From assembly GCA_040901985.1 (NCBI GenBank), contig JBBDYC010000009.1, positions 258,303 to 322,302 on the forward strand: DNA of 64,000 nt, written 5' to 3'. The position numbers and the translations under genes are program-made. Origin of the DNA: Gemmatimonadaceae bacterium (lineage in GTDB: Bacteria; Gemmatimonadota; Gemmatimonadetes; Gemmatimonadales; Gemmatimonadaceae). Under the pieces are notes generated by a model, which saw nothing but the letters and a program-made list of their open reading frames with translations, had not been told where the DNA came from and searched no databases. This document shows, one piece after another, positions 48,918-59,593 of this stretch (positions are counted from its first letter, which is position 1; each line of letters begins with the position of its first letter).

Positions 48918-49826
48918 CTATGCCAGCGAGAGACCGCGCTGCTCGTCCCGTGCAACCGACGGCACGAGTTGCAGCGCGTTCATCTTGTTGAAGCTGAAGT
49001 CGTCAAACGTCCGCGCAACACGCACGACGCCGATGTAGGGCAGCGCCGCAAAGATCGGGAACAGGTAAGGTGCGACGCGCTCGTCGACTGCGCGCGGAGT
49101 GACGACGCCGTGGCTACTCAGTTCGCGCCACACCGGCAGCACGTCGTCGCGAGGTACGGCGAACGTCTTGCCGGAGGAGCGCACCCGTATGTATTCCTGC
49201 GACGGGTCGGCCTGCGGCACGAACTCTGCGACGAACGTCGTCTGCTTCGTGATCGTGTGGAATTCGCGCGGCTGCGCAAGAAGCTCCTTGATGTCTTCCC
49301 ACACTTCGGCGAGCGGAAGCGCGCGCGGCTCGGCGTGCAGCCAGTCGCGGATGGTGGCGGGCGCGCGGTGCTCCGGCACGGCATTGCGCGGCAGCGGAGG
49401 ATAGAGGAACACGGGAATCGGGAGGTTCGACAAGTAGCGTTCCATCAATGGGCGCACGTCGTCGTACGACAGCTCGCCATTGCCGCAACCGAGCGGCGGG
49501 AAGGCGATCGAGTGAATGCCCGCCTCGCGCCAGATGCGCACGAACGTATCGAGACCGCGTTCGACGTACTCGAGCTTCGACGGCCGTCTCCATTCCTGCT
49601 TTGTCGGGAAGTTCAGAATCTTCTTGTGCCGCGTCTGATACAGGTGCAGCGTGCCGATTTGCAGTTTCCCCGCCTCACAGAACCGCTGATACTCCGTGAA
49701 CATCTCCGGGAAGTACCTCTTGAACTGTAGAGCGATCCCCTTTCCCATCGCACCGACGGTGTTGACGGTGTTGACGAGAGTCTGCGCGGGAGATTCGAAG
49801 AGGTTTCCCTGAACGTACGAGATCAT
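48918..49826 (-). CDS. darG: DarG macrodomain antitoxin
   Basis: GNLFES..LVNTVNTVGAMGKGIALQFK, NFPTK, FPPLGCGNG. Confidence 0.9.
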   Translation of the reverse strand: MISYVQGNLFESPAQTLVNTVNTVGAMGKGIALQFKRYFPEMFTEYQRFCEAGKLQIGTLHLYQTRHKKILNFPTKQEWRRPSKLEYVERGLDTFVRIWREAGIHSIAFPPLGCGNGELSYDDVRPLMERYLSNLPIPVFLYPPLPRNAVPEHRAPATIRDWLHAEPRALPLAEVWEDIKELLAQPREFHTITKQTTFVAEFVPQADPSQEYIRVRSSGKTFAVPRDDVLPVWRELSSHGVVTPRAVDERVAPYLFPIFAALPYIGVVRVARTFDDFSFNKMNALQLVPSVARDEQRGLSLA

Positions 49827-50327
49827 AGGTCCGGCATCGCGGAGGGTGTTTCTAAGTCACGACGGCGCCGCGACGTTACACTCAATCTAACACGCTGGCA
49901 AGGCCATTGCGGAGACGATCCCCGCTGCTCCACCTCTCGACTTGCCTCCGGATGACGGTGCCGTGACGCCCCCAGGCGAGGTTCCGACCATGCCTACGAC
50001 CTGCGATCGGTGCGGAAGAATCACGGGCGAGCCTTCACTCGGGCGCTGTGCGGATTGCACGCGACTCGTCCGCCTGACAATTACTGCACTCCGGCGCTAT
50101 CTCGCCGTCAGTATCGCGCTGGACCAGCGCACGCTACCGCTCATACACGACGGCCACAGAAACCCGCGTCCCGGTTCTGCCGACCGTGACTAGCGCGCGC
50201 CCGCGCGGATAGGGAGATTCCTCAAGACCTTCGCGCCCACTGGCGCGGAGATTCCCTCGACCGGCACCTCGGCCGCAGCCAGAGTCTTCGGCTGCGTGCG
50301 CGCCTCACGTAGCGACCCAGCGGACTC

Positions 50328-53015
50328 ATGGCTAACGAAGAGCTGCATCAGCGCGGCTACCTCGCAAACGGCAAGCTCAGAGGCGACAAGTTCGGCGACT
50401 TCGAATCGCTGAACATCGGCGGAACGACCATCAAGGAGCTAAAGGCAAACGGCGTCACGGTCACCGTCCCCGGCTCGATCACGTTCCCATTCAAGCAGTA
50501 CAAGGCGCCCAAGTCTCCAACCAATGCCCGGCCCGACAAGGTCATCCTGCGCCGACAGGAAGGGGCGCTCACGCCTGTCGCGACCGCCGAGCACAAGGCA
50601 CCCAAGAAGCTGCGAACGCCCGTGGAGATGCAGCGGGCGGCGGAACAAGGCCTCTATGCGGCCGCGGCGCTAGGCGCAGCGGTCGCCGTGACCTCCGACG
50701 GGACCACGGCGAAGTATGTCGATGTAGCGGCTTCGCTGAAGGCGCAGAAGCTCGTGTACTTCGCCGATACCCGCGACTTCGGTCCGGGAGTCCTGTCGAA
50801 CCTGCTTGAGGGTGACGCAGGCGTTGAGAAGGACCCGAAGCCGCTCGCGGAGAGCGTCTGGCAGATGATCTGGCACGCGACGAAGGAAGAGCCGAAGCAG
50901 TGCCTCCTCACGTTCGTCGAGATCTTCGTGTTGAAGTTCCTCTCAGACAACCTTCCCAAGAAGTTGCTTCCGGAGAAGTATCGGTTCTACGAGTTGATAA
51001 AGGACGCCAAGAAGTTCGAAGACGAGCACGGGCTCTGCGCGATCGAGTACTACGTCAACGACATTCGCCCGTTCATCAAGACGCTGTTCCCGGACAACAC
51101 GCTCGCCTCCGATCCGGTCGTGGCGGAGACGTTCGGACTGAAGACAGTTGTCTCCAAGACATCCGTCATCAACGGCTTCGCGTTTCTGCGCTCCTCAACG
51201 GTCAAGCTCGAGGGCTTCAATCGCACGTTCCTCGACATCCTTCAGGAGTTCCAGAAGTTCGGCCCGCTGACGACGATCGACCCCGAGTTCAAACTTCGGC
51301 TGTACGAGACGTTCCTGCGCCGGAGTGCACGACAGCAGAAACTCGGACAGTTCTTCACGCCGCGAAGCGTCGTCCGCCCAATGGTGCGAATGGCGCGCCT
51401 CGACAAGCTCGCCGCGGGTGCGATTGTGCTCGACCCGGCAGCGGGTGTTGGCGGTTTCATCCTTGAGCCTCCGCTGCTAGAGCCCGCGCTGTCGAAGAAT
51501 GTCACGTTCGTGAAGGGGCAGCCGAAGCGCGCGATCAGACTGATTGGCGTCGACGTTGACGCGAACACGCACATTCTCGCGAAGGCAAACACACTCATTC
51601 ATTTCGCTGAACTCGTGCGCGATCCGGCGATCACGATGTCAGCCCTTAATCAGTTGATGGCTGAGACGTTCGTGCTGATGAACAACAACGAGACACTCGG
51701 TTCACTTGAGAATCCGCCCTCCAACGCCGTTGATGTCATCCTGACGAATCCGCCATATGTCACGAAGGGGAGCGGCATTTATAAGGACGAGGTGAAGGAA
51801 GCAGGTACCAGCGCAAACGGCGTCGATCTTCGTGACTACTACGACCGATCCGGCCTCGGTGTCGAGGCACTCTTCCTGCGGTACGTTAGCGGCGCACTCA
51901 AGGCGGGAGGTAGAGCTTTCGTTATCGTGCCCCTCGGCCTGTTGAATCGGACGGACCCGGGACCCAAGAAGAAGTTGCTCGACGAGTGCAACTTGTTGGC
52001 TTCGATCGCACTCCCTCGGAACACGTTCTTCAACACCGCGCAGCTAACGTACGTCCTGATCCTTGAGAAGCGACATACTGCCGCCGACGCGCGTCCCGAT
52101 GTGTTCTGCGGCATCGCGCGGTCGATCGGGGAGTCGCTCAACTGGGAGCGCGTACCGACGCCGCTCGACAACGATCTTCAGCTGATCGCCGACAATTTCG
52201 TATCGTACACCGAAGGCGCCACGCAATCTGTCCTGGGCGTCGACTTCATCAAGACGGCGAAGGCCGATTCGTTCACCGAGAATGATCGCTGGGATGTGAC
52301 GCGATTCTGGACGCAGGAGGAGTTGGTCGCACTCGGTCAAATGGAGTCGGCGGTCTCGAGGATCGACTTCATCGACGAAACGCGGACCGAGCTAGAAGAG
52401 ATCAGCGACGAACTGGCCGCGGCCAAAAAGGAACTCGCAGCACTAACCTCCGGCGCGACGACCACCATCAGCCTCGGCGACAAGGCCACGTTCGCGGTGC
52501 GTTCGGGTACGCGCGTGACAGGGAAGGAGATTCGCGAGCACCAGGGTGCGCTTCCTGTCTATAGCTGCTTCAAGACGGACCGCGAGACAAAGGGAGCGGT
52601 CAACGAGAAGTTCTTCGTGAAGGAAAAGGGCGGACATGTCGAGACGAAGGCCGTCGTGACCGTGAACGCCAACGGTGCGAGCGTGGGCAAGGTGTACGTC
52701 CGGCGTGACCGGTGCGCCATCACCGACGATGTCATCGTCGTCGAGGTGCTCGAATCGAAGCAAGGAAAACGTATGGACCTCGACTACCTCGCCGTGGCGC
52801 TGCGCGGCGCTGTCGATCGGGGTGGATTCTTGTATGAGGCGAAGCTCTTCGCGACGCGCGTGCGAGAACTCGAGGTTGAGTTCCCAGTGCGCAAGAACGG
52901 CACGCTCGACGAGGTGCAGCAGAAGCACATCGCGTCGGCCGTGAAGCGCTTCGACAACCTCCGGGCGCGACTGCGCGATCTCGGCGAGCGGGCAGAAATG
53001 GCGCGCGCCGTGTAG
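50328..53015 (+). CDS. Single-chain restriction-modification protein (nuclease-like N-terminus, N6-MTase, TRD)
   Basis: RPDKV..AEHK, LGQFFTP, LDPAAGVGGF, NPPY, HsdS-like C-terminus. Confidence 0.8.
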   Translation: MANEELHQRGYLANGKLRGDKFGDFESLNIGGTTIKELKANGVTVTVPGSITFPFKQYKAPKSPTNARPDKVILRRQEGALTPVATAEHKAPKKLRTPVEMQRAAEQGLYAAAALGAAVAVTSDGTTAKYVDVAASLKAQKLVYFADTRDFGPGVLSNLLEGDAGVEKDPKPLAESVWQMIWHATKEEPKQCLLTFVEIFVLKFLSDNLPKKLLPEKYRFYELIKDAKKFEDEHGLCAIEYYVNDIRPFIKTLFPDNTLASDPVVAETFGLKTVVSKTSVINGFAFLRSSTVKLEGFNRTFLDILQEFQKFGPLTTIDPEFKLRLYETFLRRSARQQKLGQFFTPRSVVRPMVRMARLDKLAAGAIVLDPAAGVGGFILEPPLLEPALSKNVTFVKGQPKRAIRLIGVDVDANTHILAKANTLIHFAELVRDPAITMSALNQLMAETFVLMNNNETLGSLENPPSNAVDVILTNPPYVTKGSGIYKDEVKEAGTSANGVDLRDYYDRSGLGVEALFLRYVSGALKAGGRAFVIVPLGLLNRTDPGPKKKLLDECNLLASIALPRNTFFNTAQLTYVLILEKRHTAADARPDVFCGIARSIGESLNWERVPTPLDNDLQLIADNFVSYTEGATQSVLGVDFIKTAKADSFTENDRWDVTRFWTQEELVALGQMESAVSRIDFIDETRTELEEISDELAAAKKELAALTSGATTTISLGDKATFAVRSGTRVTGKEIREHQGALPVYSCFKTDRETKGAVNEKFFVKEKGGHVETKAVVTVNANGASVGKVYVRRDRCAITDDVIVVEVLESKQGKRMDLDYLAVALRGAVDRGGFLYEAKLFATRVRELEVEFPVRKNGTLDEVQQKHIASAVKRFDNLRARLRDLGERAEMARAV

Positions 53016-53116
53016 CCCGACAGCGCCGCGCCGCCCATTGCACCGTGTCGCAAACGGGTCCGGTTCGTTCACGATGGAGACTTTTCGGAGACTTTCTTCA
53101 GAAGGTCCGTTGAACA

Positions 53117-53156
53117 CAGAAACCCCGCAACGCGCCAAGTCGTTGCGGGGTTTCTG
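53117..53156. terminator. 16-bp stem hairpin downstream of the tRNA-Pro(CGG) fragment
   Basis: cagaaaccccgcaacg-cgccaagt-cgttgcggggtttctg. Confidence 0.7.
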
Positions 53157-53165
53157 GTTGTGGTA

Positions 53166-53208
<43 letters not shown>

Positions 53209-53243
53209 ACACGGGTGCGCCTGGCCCATCCGAAAGCGACATT

Positions 53244-53265
53244 CGGTGATTGCTGGGTGATTACT
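53244..53265. promoter_or_regulatory. Putative integrase arm-type sites (right)
   Basis: cggtgattgctgggtgattact. Confidence 0.65.
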
Positions 53266-53337
53266 GATTACGGTGGCCGCCAAAGCATCCGCGCCAAATC
53301 CCTTCAACAATCTATTCATTTAAAACAAGTTACACCA

Positions 53338-53384
53338 ATCGGGACGGCGGGATTCGAACCCGCGACCCCCTGAACCCCATTCAG
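53338..53384 (-). repeat. att site: 3' half of tRNA-Pro(GGG), right island boundary
   Basis: 45/45 identity with 10888-10932; no 5' half. Confidence 0.9.
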
Positions 53385-53610
53385 TCGAGAGGCGAAGCCT
53401 TCGAGCACCGATCTATGGAACGAGTATGCATACACGGTACTAACGCGACTCGCGCAAGTCCTTTCTCCGCTGCAAGTTAAGTGCTGCAGCCGCAAGCCAT
53501 CGCTGCAGAACACTTCAGCAAACTCAACGATGAGATTGGCAGACAAAGGCACGGCTGATCCGGTAAATCCTTCCCTGCCTGCACACGAGATGCACACAAA
53601 GTTCGTGGCC

Positions 53611-54406
53611 AGCGTCTTGCCAAAGCGCGCAGGCGACGGAAGCCGCAGTTCACCGCCGTGCAGTGGGCCTTCGTCGAGAACCTGCTGCGGGAGGATTGGA
53701 GCCCGGAGCAGATTGTCGGGTGGTGCGCGCGATTCCGGCTGCTCGCCATCAGTCACGAGACCATCTACCGGCGCATCCACAGGGATCGGGCGCGCGGCGG
53801 GACGCTCTACACGCACCTGCGCGTGATGACGAAGAATCTGCGGAAGCGGTACGGCACCTACGACAGCCGGGGCCGCCTCGCTGGGAAGCGCCACCTTGCG
53901 ACGCGGCCGGCGGGCGCGACCAACCGCTCGCGCTTCGGCCATTGGGAAGGGGACACGGTGATGGGCAGCACGAAGGACACCGCCTGCATCCTCACGCTCG
54001 TGGAGCGGAAGTCGGGGTTCCTCGCGATCGGCAGCTGTCGTCGCGCCAGGCCCCCGGGGTGAACGCCCGGCTCCGCCAACTGATCGAGGCGCAGCCGCGG
54101 CCGGTGCGCACGATCACGCTCGACAACGGGACCGAGATCCACTCGTACGAGCGGCTCGAGGACGTGGTAGACACCAAGTGCTACTTCGCCACACCGCATC
54201 ACTCCTGGGAGCGTGGGAGCAACGAAAACGCGAATGGCCTCGTCCGGCAGTATCTCCCCAAGCGCCGCTCGATGGCAGGGCTCACGCAACGCGACTGCCA
54301 GCGCATCGCGGACAAACTCAATCGTCGTCCGCGCAAGCGGCTTGGCTTCAGAACCCCGGAGGAGGTCTATGCGACTTGACGCTCAGTGTTGCACTTCAAA
54401 GTTGAC
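53611..54406 (+). pseudogene. IS30-family transposase, 5'-truncated and frameshifted
   Basis: WSPEQI, SHETIY, GHWEGDTV, then a frame change to TLDNGTE, SWERGSNENANG, RPRKRLGFRTP; IR-like end tgttgcacttcaaagttga. Confidence 0.85.
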
Positions 54407-54415
54407 TTTACACCG

Positions 54416-55225
54416 CTATCCCGGTGACCGCAGTGGAGATTCCGAGAACTCAACCTTCACCGGCCACCCGAAGCTGGCCACCGTCAGGTGATGAAGCGAT
54501 CGGGAAGCAAGCGCTCCCGGTAGGGTTGGGCCCACGACAACGGTCGCAATCGGATACTGTCCGCCGATGCGGAGCGACCACTCCGTGAAAGGCACGACAA
54601 GTCCGCGAGCAGTCCTATAGCGCACCCGCGCGCGATCAATGCCGAGACCCGAGATTAGCCGCCACTCTTCCTCCTCACGAAAGGAGGGGTGCTTAATCGA
54701 GGCGGCTGCCCGAACGAAGCGTTCGGCGAAGGCCTCATACAGCCCCCCGAGGTGGGAGTCGTTCTGGGTAACGGTGGCGTGACTGAGCATGTCCGCGACG
54801 ACAGGCGCGAGAAGCGCACGTTGTTTGTCCACGTCGTACTCGCACCTGACGAGCATCGCGTCATTGGATCGCGCGACTTGCTCCAGGAGCGTCCGCGCGA
54901 TGCCGATCGCGTACCCTCCGTTACCCGCGTACGCGCGCCACTGGCTGAGCTGATCGCGCTGAGACGAAAGCGAGAACGCATATATTGCGATGAGCTGCAC
55001 TGCGGCGACAAACTCCTTACACAAGTCTCGCGCATACGACTCACTGTGGTGCGCGGTGTCGAATATCTGCTCTTGAGCGAGATCAAGCGCATAGTGGAGC
55101 TCGCGCGCATCGTTCATGTAGTGAACCATGCTTGCGCGCACGCTGCCCGTCTCCAGTATCCCAAGCGCGCCTTCGGCCGAGGTGTAGTGGAATAGTGTCT
55201 CGGGAGGAGCTCCAGTAGCGCTCAT
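54416..55225 (-). CDS. DUF2971-family protein
   Basis: LFHYTS..MNDARE, DQLSQWRAYA, KHPSFREEEEWR. Confidence 0.85.
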   Translation of the reverse strand: MSATGAPPETLFHYTSAEGALGILETGSVRASMVHYMNDARELHYALDLAQEQIFDTAHHSESYARDLCKEFVAAVQLIAIYAFSLSSQRDQLSQWRAYAGNGGYAIGIARTLLEQVARSNDAMLVRCEYDVDKQRALLAPVVADMLSHATVTQNDSHLGGLYEAFAERFVRAAASIKHPSFREEEEWRLISGLGIDRARVRYRTARGLVVPFTEWSLRIGGQYPIATVVVGPTLPGALASRSLHHLTVASFGWPVKVEFSESPLRSPG

Positions 55226-55280
55226 CGGTAGATGGATTGTGGCGCGGTCGGCATAATATGGCCGCCAGTACCAAGCAGCG

Positions 55281-55820
55281 TTAGGTGGACGCCGCCACGG
55301 GGTCTCCGTCGTCCCACTCAAACAGCCACTCCTGATGGCTGGACTGCCGAACGCGAGGCACTCGCAGCAGAAGTGAGTGTTCGTACTGAAACTGAGATCG
55401 AATCAATCTCAGCTTTCGTCGGTCGGAGTCAAGCTGCGAGACCGTCGCCGCGTCAGTCTTGATCTCTACGACCAGAATGTTTGAACCGTCGGTACCTCGC
55501 CGATGGACAATCAGATCGGGGTAGATACGTGCGTCTGTCTCAACAGGGTCGCTCGTGAACCCCGCGAGCATCTTCGAGTCCACACCATGCCGATTGTATT
55601 CAATGTCAACATCGTACTCATCGAACAGACTCGACAGATAGACCAAGAGTCGACCAGCGATGGAGCGCTCCCCAGCGCCGACCTCAAGTAGTTGAGCGTC
55701 TCGCGCGAGGAACATTGTCCTTGCTTGGCCAACTGCTTCCTTGACTGCGATAAGACTCACCCTACCATCCCGAAGTGGTCCGGATAGTCCTGTTTGGTGC
55801 TGAATCCACTTCTTGGGCAT
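55281..55820 (-). CDS. PD-(D/E)xK-like hypothetical nuclease
   Basis: VDIEYNR, YPDLIVHRRG..VVEIK. Confidence 0.7.
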   Translation of the reverse strand: MPKKWIQHQTGLSGPLRDGRVSLIAVKEAVGQARTMFLARDAQLLEVGAGERSIAGRLLVYLSSLFDEYDVDIEYNRHGVDSKMLAGFTSDPVETDARIYPDLIVHRRGTDGSNILVVEIKTDAATVSQLDSDRRKLRLIRSQFQYEHSLLLRVPRVRQSSHQEWLFEWDDGDPVAAST

Positions 55821-55840
55821 GGTCTTCGTGACGCCGGTCG

Positions 55841-56194
55841 TCAGGCAGGCACGGACGGCGTGCCGTTGGTAGCTGCCCAGTTGTCTTTCAACAACGTTAT
55901 GAACGAAGGAACCCCGCCGAGCCCCGCAAGGAGCACAGCACCCCAGAACAGAGCCGTGCTGACGCTATCGTCGTGTGCAATCCGATCTGAAACCCAAAAG
56001 AGTCCACGAAAGGCGAGCGAGCCGACGATGCAAACCACAACGTAGGTGAGCGTTGCCGACCACTTGCACCGTTTTCGCAGCGCACCGACAATCCCGAATG
56101 GGATTGAAATGAAGGCTCCCCAACTGACAACAAGCAAGAACACTGAAAGCGCGCCTGAGACCGCGCTCCACACCCACGAGAGCAGATGAGCCAA
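55841..56194 (-). CDS. Small membrane protein (cassette gene)
   Basis: Three hydrophobic helices; follows the attC at 56261. Confidence 0.6.
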   Translation of the reverse strand: MAHLLSWVWSAVSGALSVFLLVVSWGAFISIPFGIVGALRKRCKWSATLTYVVVCIVGSLAFRGLFWVSDRIAHDDSVSTALFWGAVLLAGLGGVPSFITLLKDNWAATNGTPSVPA

Positions 56195-56260
56195 GTGTGA
56201 CTCCGCGAATGACGCTAGAAAATAGAGAGCCGTCGGCCGTAGTCAGATTCCGAGAGTTCC

Positions 56261-56320
56261 GCCTAACCCTCCGGTTCAGCGGCGGCGCACAGCGCCGTCC
56301 GCTCCAATCGGTTGTTATGC
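56261..56320 (-). repeat. attC site
   Basis: gcataac aaccgattggagcggacggcgctgtgcgccgccgctgaaccggagg gttaggc. Confidence 0.9.
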
Positions 56321-56339
56321 CGCGCTTCACACCAAGACT

Positions 56340-56735
56340 CTATCTCCACCTGTCCCCTGACTTCTTGATGTAGTGCGCAAATACGTAGGGCCATGGAATA
56401 GCGATGATGTCCAATCCGAGTCCGATCAAGAAGCCTAACGCAAGGTCGGATGAGCGGCCCACCGCCTGAAGAGGAACGAACACGGCGAGCAACCAAAATG
56501 CCTTGTAGAACAGCTGCATGAAAATGACCGGGAGCATCGCCAGCGGGTAGCGGATTCCCAAAGCAGACAGGCCCGCGAGGGCCGCCCAGAAGCTGAACGC
56601 CACGCCAATCATCGGATCCCACGGCTTCTCGAGGTTAACGAATGTGAACCCGACGCCTGATCCGACCAGGACGAAGTTAAGCAGGTACATGCCTCTCAGT
56701 ACGTATAGACGTAGGACCGACACCTCTTCAGCCAT
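56340..56735 (-). CDS. Four-TM membrane protein (cassette)
   Basis: Hydrophobic ORF, LGIRYPLAMLP; RBS present; flanked by attC sites. Confidence 0.8.
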   Translation of the reverse strand: MAEEVSVLRLYVLRGMYLLNFVLVGSGVGFTFVNLEKPWDPMIGVAFSFWAALAGLSALGIRYPLAMLPVIFMQLFYKAFWLLAVFVPLQAVGRSSDLALGFLIGLGLDIIAIPWPYVFAHYIKKSGDRWR

Positions 56736-56824
56736 GATTTCCTCTCCGCATTTGTGGCTGCACCAGGCAGTGCGCCAACCAGGGGGCTAGGCCGCCACAG
56801 CCTCCCTCTCGCCGTCGAATATCG

Positions 56825-56884
56825 GCATAACGCTCAGCATCAGCGGCGGCGCGCAGCGCCGTCCGCTTCATGCTGTTGTTAGGT
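56825..56884 (-). repeat. attC site
   Basis: acctaac aacagcatgaagcggacggcgctgcgcgccgccgctgatgctgagc gttatgc. Confidence 0.9.
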
Positions 56885-56942
56885 GGCTGAAGAGGACCTT
56901 GGGACACTCTAGTGTGCATTAAGAACGCCTCCGCACCGGCGG

Positions 56943-59399
56943 CTACTTGGTTTTCGTCTTGAGATTTAAGCTGATCTCGTCGCATGCGCAGCGAAGCGAC
57001 TCGGAGGGGCCGCGGCGCGGCGTGACGTAGACCCATGAGTCGCAGGTTGCGCAATGGAAGCGATCGAGAAGGTCCCGAAACGCCGCAATCACCGGCTCGA
57101 AGTCCTTCTTGCCGAAATTGGCCCATTCGTTGTAGTGGACGGCCTTGTTGACGGCCCACTGCTCGATAGCGGTCGCGCCCTTGGAGGCCGCAAGAGAGGA
57201 GCGACGTTCCGCGATGGCGTCCTTCTCACCGGACTTGCCCCAGGACTGGGCGGAGTCCGCAGCCTTGCCGAGGAGCCGGTCCATACGCAAGAGAACTGCG
57301 GGCATCAGCTCGCCGAGCTCGTAGTCGCCGTCCGCACGGAAGGGCGGTTGAGCGCCAAGCTGGTCTGCAAGGTGGCGGGCAACATACTCCAGATGATGGC
57401 GGAGTGCGGCGGCGGCGACCTCGACCTTGCCCTTGGCGAGTGCCTGGTCGATCTCGACCCAGATCTCCTCGTTCGATTCGACCAGTGGACCGGTGTCGAT
57501 GGTCCAACTATGGAAAGCCACGGACGTCTTCGAGGTCACGAGCCCGGCCGACCGCATCTGCTCCGCCCAGAGGCGGTCGTGGGTGGTGATGATGAACTGG
57601 GTGTCCGGGAAGCGCTTCTTCAGGAGCTTGCAGAATTCGTAGCGGTGGCCAGAGTCGACGGACATCACGACGTCGTCCAGGAGGGCCAGTCTGAAGCGGT
57701 CGCCGAAGAGGCGCTTCATCAGCGCGAGATACAGGCAGACACCCATGCCGTCCTGGTGGCCCTCGCTGTGATAGGCGCCCGGGGGAAACAGCCCGCGTCC
57801 GTAGAAGTTGACCGCGAGATCGAGCTTGCTCTCGCTGGGCGTAAACTTGGCGGTGAAGGTGGTTTCGTCGTCGCCGTTGAGTTCGCGGTAGTAGGTGCTG
57901 AAGTCGCCCTGCACCTGCTCGTAGAGCGTGTTCAGGGCGGCCTCGAACACGCTGCAGTAGGTCTCGTAGGTGGCCTTCGCCGCCTTAGCAGCCGCTTTCG
58001 CGGCCTTCTCCTTGCGCATGGCGCCCCTGTAGTCGCCGAGGCGGATCTGAGCGGTAGTCAGAAACGTCTGGGCCGCGAGCGCGGCGGCCTGATCGGGCTT
58101 GACGTTGACGGCCTCGGTGAGGCCCTCGAGTTTGGCGGAAAGTGTCCCGGGCTCCTGGACCCAGCCGTTGGTGAGGCGGTCCTTAAGGCCGGTCAGTCCG
58201 TCGACGCTGGCGAGCTTGGGCTTCAGCGTGTCGAGGTCGGCCTTCCACCCGGCCAGAGCCTCTGCGAAGGCGGTCTGACCCTCTGCGATGGCCAGTTTCT
58301 GGACCGGACCGATCAGCTTGGAGAGGCGAATCACCTCGTCGGAAATCGCAGCACCGTTCGTTATGAGCGACTCCTGGAGCAGTCGCGCTTCCTCGGACTT
58401 GGCGAGCTTTGCCTGCAGGTGAGCGCGCAGGGACTCCTCGTCGTCCCATGCGGCATCGCAGAGCGGGCAGTCGGGGCCTTCGACGAGTTCCAGGCCCTTC
58501 TCGATGAAGGTGCGGCGCTGCAGGGCGGCGACAAGCGCATGGTCGGCTTCAAGCTTGGCGAGGTTCGCAGTGGTCTGGCCTGCTTCGGTGGCGCAGAGGG
58601 CGGCGAAGCCTCCGGCGGCATCGGTGAGCGCTTTCAGGTCCCGAAGCGCGGACTCCTTATTGAAGTCGGACGCCTTGGCAGTCTCGGAAAGGCCGGCGTC
58701 GAGCGTCGTTTCTGCCGTGATCTCGGTAATCTCCGGGAGGTCGAGGAGCCTTCGCTGCTTGTTGACGGCGGGGAGGAGCTGGTCGGCCGCGAGCGTCTCG
58801 ATCTGGAGGTGGAGACGTAGCGCGTCGGAGTCTGCCTTGACCTGGGCGGATGCCGAGCGAAGGGCGCTTTGCAGGCGGTTCTGGGCCGTGTTGAGGGCGC
58901 TTCGCGTCTCGCCAATCTCGTCGAGCTTGAGCAGCGTCTGGATCTCGGCGGAGCGCCTACTCGGTTCGACGAGGATAAAGCGGATGATGTCGCGCCGGCT
59001 CAGGGTGATCTCGGGGTGATCCGCAACCTCATCGAGCGCAGCTTTGATTTCGTCGTCCGCCGGCTCGATCACCGCCTCCTTCGGCGACTTGAACTTCCTG
59101 GTGATGGTAGCCGACTTGTTCAGACCGGGGATGTAGACGCGGAGCTTGACGAAGGCGGCGTCCGGGAACTTGGCCTTGTCGACGTGGGGGCCATGCTCCG
59201 CAACGGAGAGGCCCTTGGTGCCTGTGCCTTCGAGCCGCCCAATCTGCCCGGTAAGGGCGAACTCGACCGCATCGATAACCGCGCTCTTGCCCGAGCCGTT
59301 GCGGCCAGAGATTGCGAAGGGCTTTCGCTGGAAGTTGAGCTCGAGCTTCTGTGCGATGCCCCTCGCCCACTCAATATGGACCGATTCGAGCTGGATCAC
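56943..59399 (-). CDS. SMC/Rad50-like ABC ATPase with zinc hook and HEPN-like C-terminus (RloC-like)
   Basis: GRNGSGKS, CPLC hook, HSEGH signature, LLDDVVMSVD, TTHD; ALRHHLE..VNKAVH. Confidence 0.8.
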   Translation of the reverse strand: MIQLESVHIEWARGIAQKLELNFQRKPFAISGRNGSGKSAVIDAVEFALTGQIGRLEGTGTKGLSVAEHGPHVDKAKFPDAAFVKLRVYIPGLNKSATITRKFKSPKEAVIEPADDEIKAALDEVADHPEITLSRRDIIRFILVEPSRRSAEIQTLLKLDEIGETRSALNTAQNRLQSALRSASAQVKADSDALRLHLQIETLAADQLLPAVNKQRRLLDLPEITEITAETTLDAGLSETAKASDFNKESALRDLKALTDAAGGFAALCATEAGQTTANLAKLEADHALVAALQRRTFIEKGLELVEGPDCPLCDAAWDDEESLRAHLQAKLAKSEEARLLQESLITNGAAISDEVIRLSKLIGPVQKLAIAEGQTAFAEALAGWKADLDTLKPKLASVDGLTGLKDRLTNGWVQEPGTLSAKLEGLTEAVNVKPDQAAALAAQTFLTTAQIRLGDYRGAMRKEKAAKAAAKAAKATYETYCSVFEAALNTLYEQVQGDFSTYYRELNGDDETTFTAKFTPSESKLDLAVNFYGRGLFPPGAYHSEGHQDGMGVCLYLALMKRLFGDRFRLALLDDVVMSVDSGHRYEFCKLLKKRFPDTQFIITTHDRLWAEQMRSAGLVTSKTSVAFHSWTIDTGPLVESNEEIWVEIDQALAKGKVEVAAAALRHHLEYVARHLADQLGAQPPFRADGDYELGELMPAVLLRMDRLLGKAADSAQSWGKSGEKDAIAERRSSLAASKGATAIEQWAVNKAVHYNEWANFGKKDFEPVIAAFRDLLDRFHCATCDSWVYVTPRRGPSESLRCACDEISLNLKTKTK

Positions 59400-59572
59400 T
59401 TGACGTCCCCGCCTGCCGGTGGCGAGAACACCTTCACTAGGTCGTCGGCCTTCAGCTTCTTCTTGGCGGACAGCAACTCACGCAGTGCGGTCACCATCTC
59501 GGGCGTGACGTCGGGGGACTCCTTGAGCTTCTCAAGGAAAGTTTCAGCAATCTCGTCCTGGAGTTTCGCCAT
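59396..59572 (-). CDS. 58-aa protein translationally coupled to the ATPase (absent from the ORF track)
   Basis: MAKLQDEIAETFLEKLKESPDVTPEMVTALRELLSAKKKLKADDLVKVFSPPAGGDVK; GAGGA RBS; GTGA overlap. Confidence 0.75.
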   Translation of the reverse strand: MAKLQDEIAETFLEKLKESPDVTPEMVTALRELLSAKKKLKADDLVKVFSPPAGGDVK

Positions 59573-59593
59573 GCGGAGTCCTCAAGTCTGTCC

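Noticed and set aside
49942..50193. Small CxxC ORF between darG and the R-M gene
   Set aside because: Weak support only; not called.
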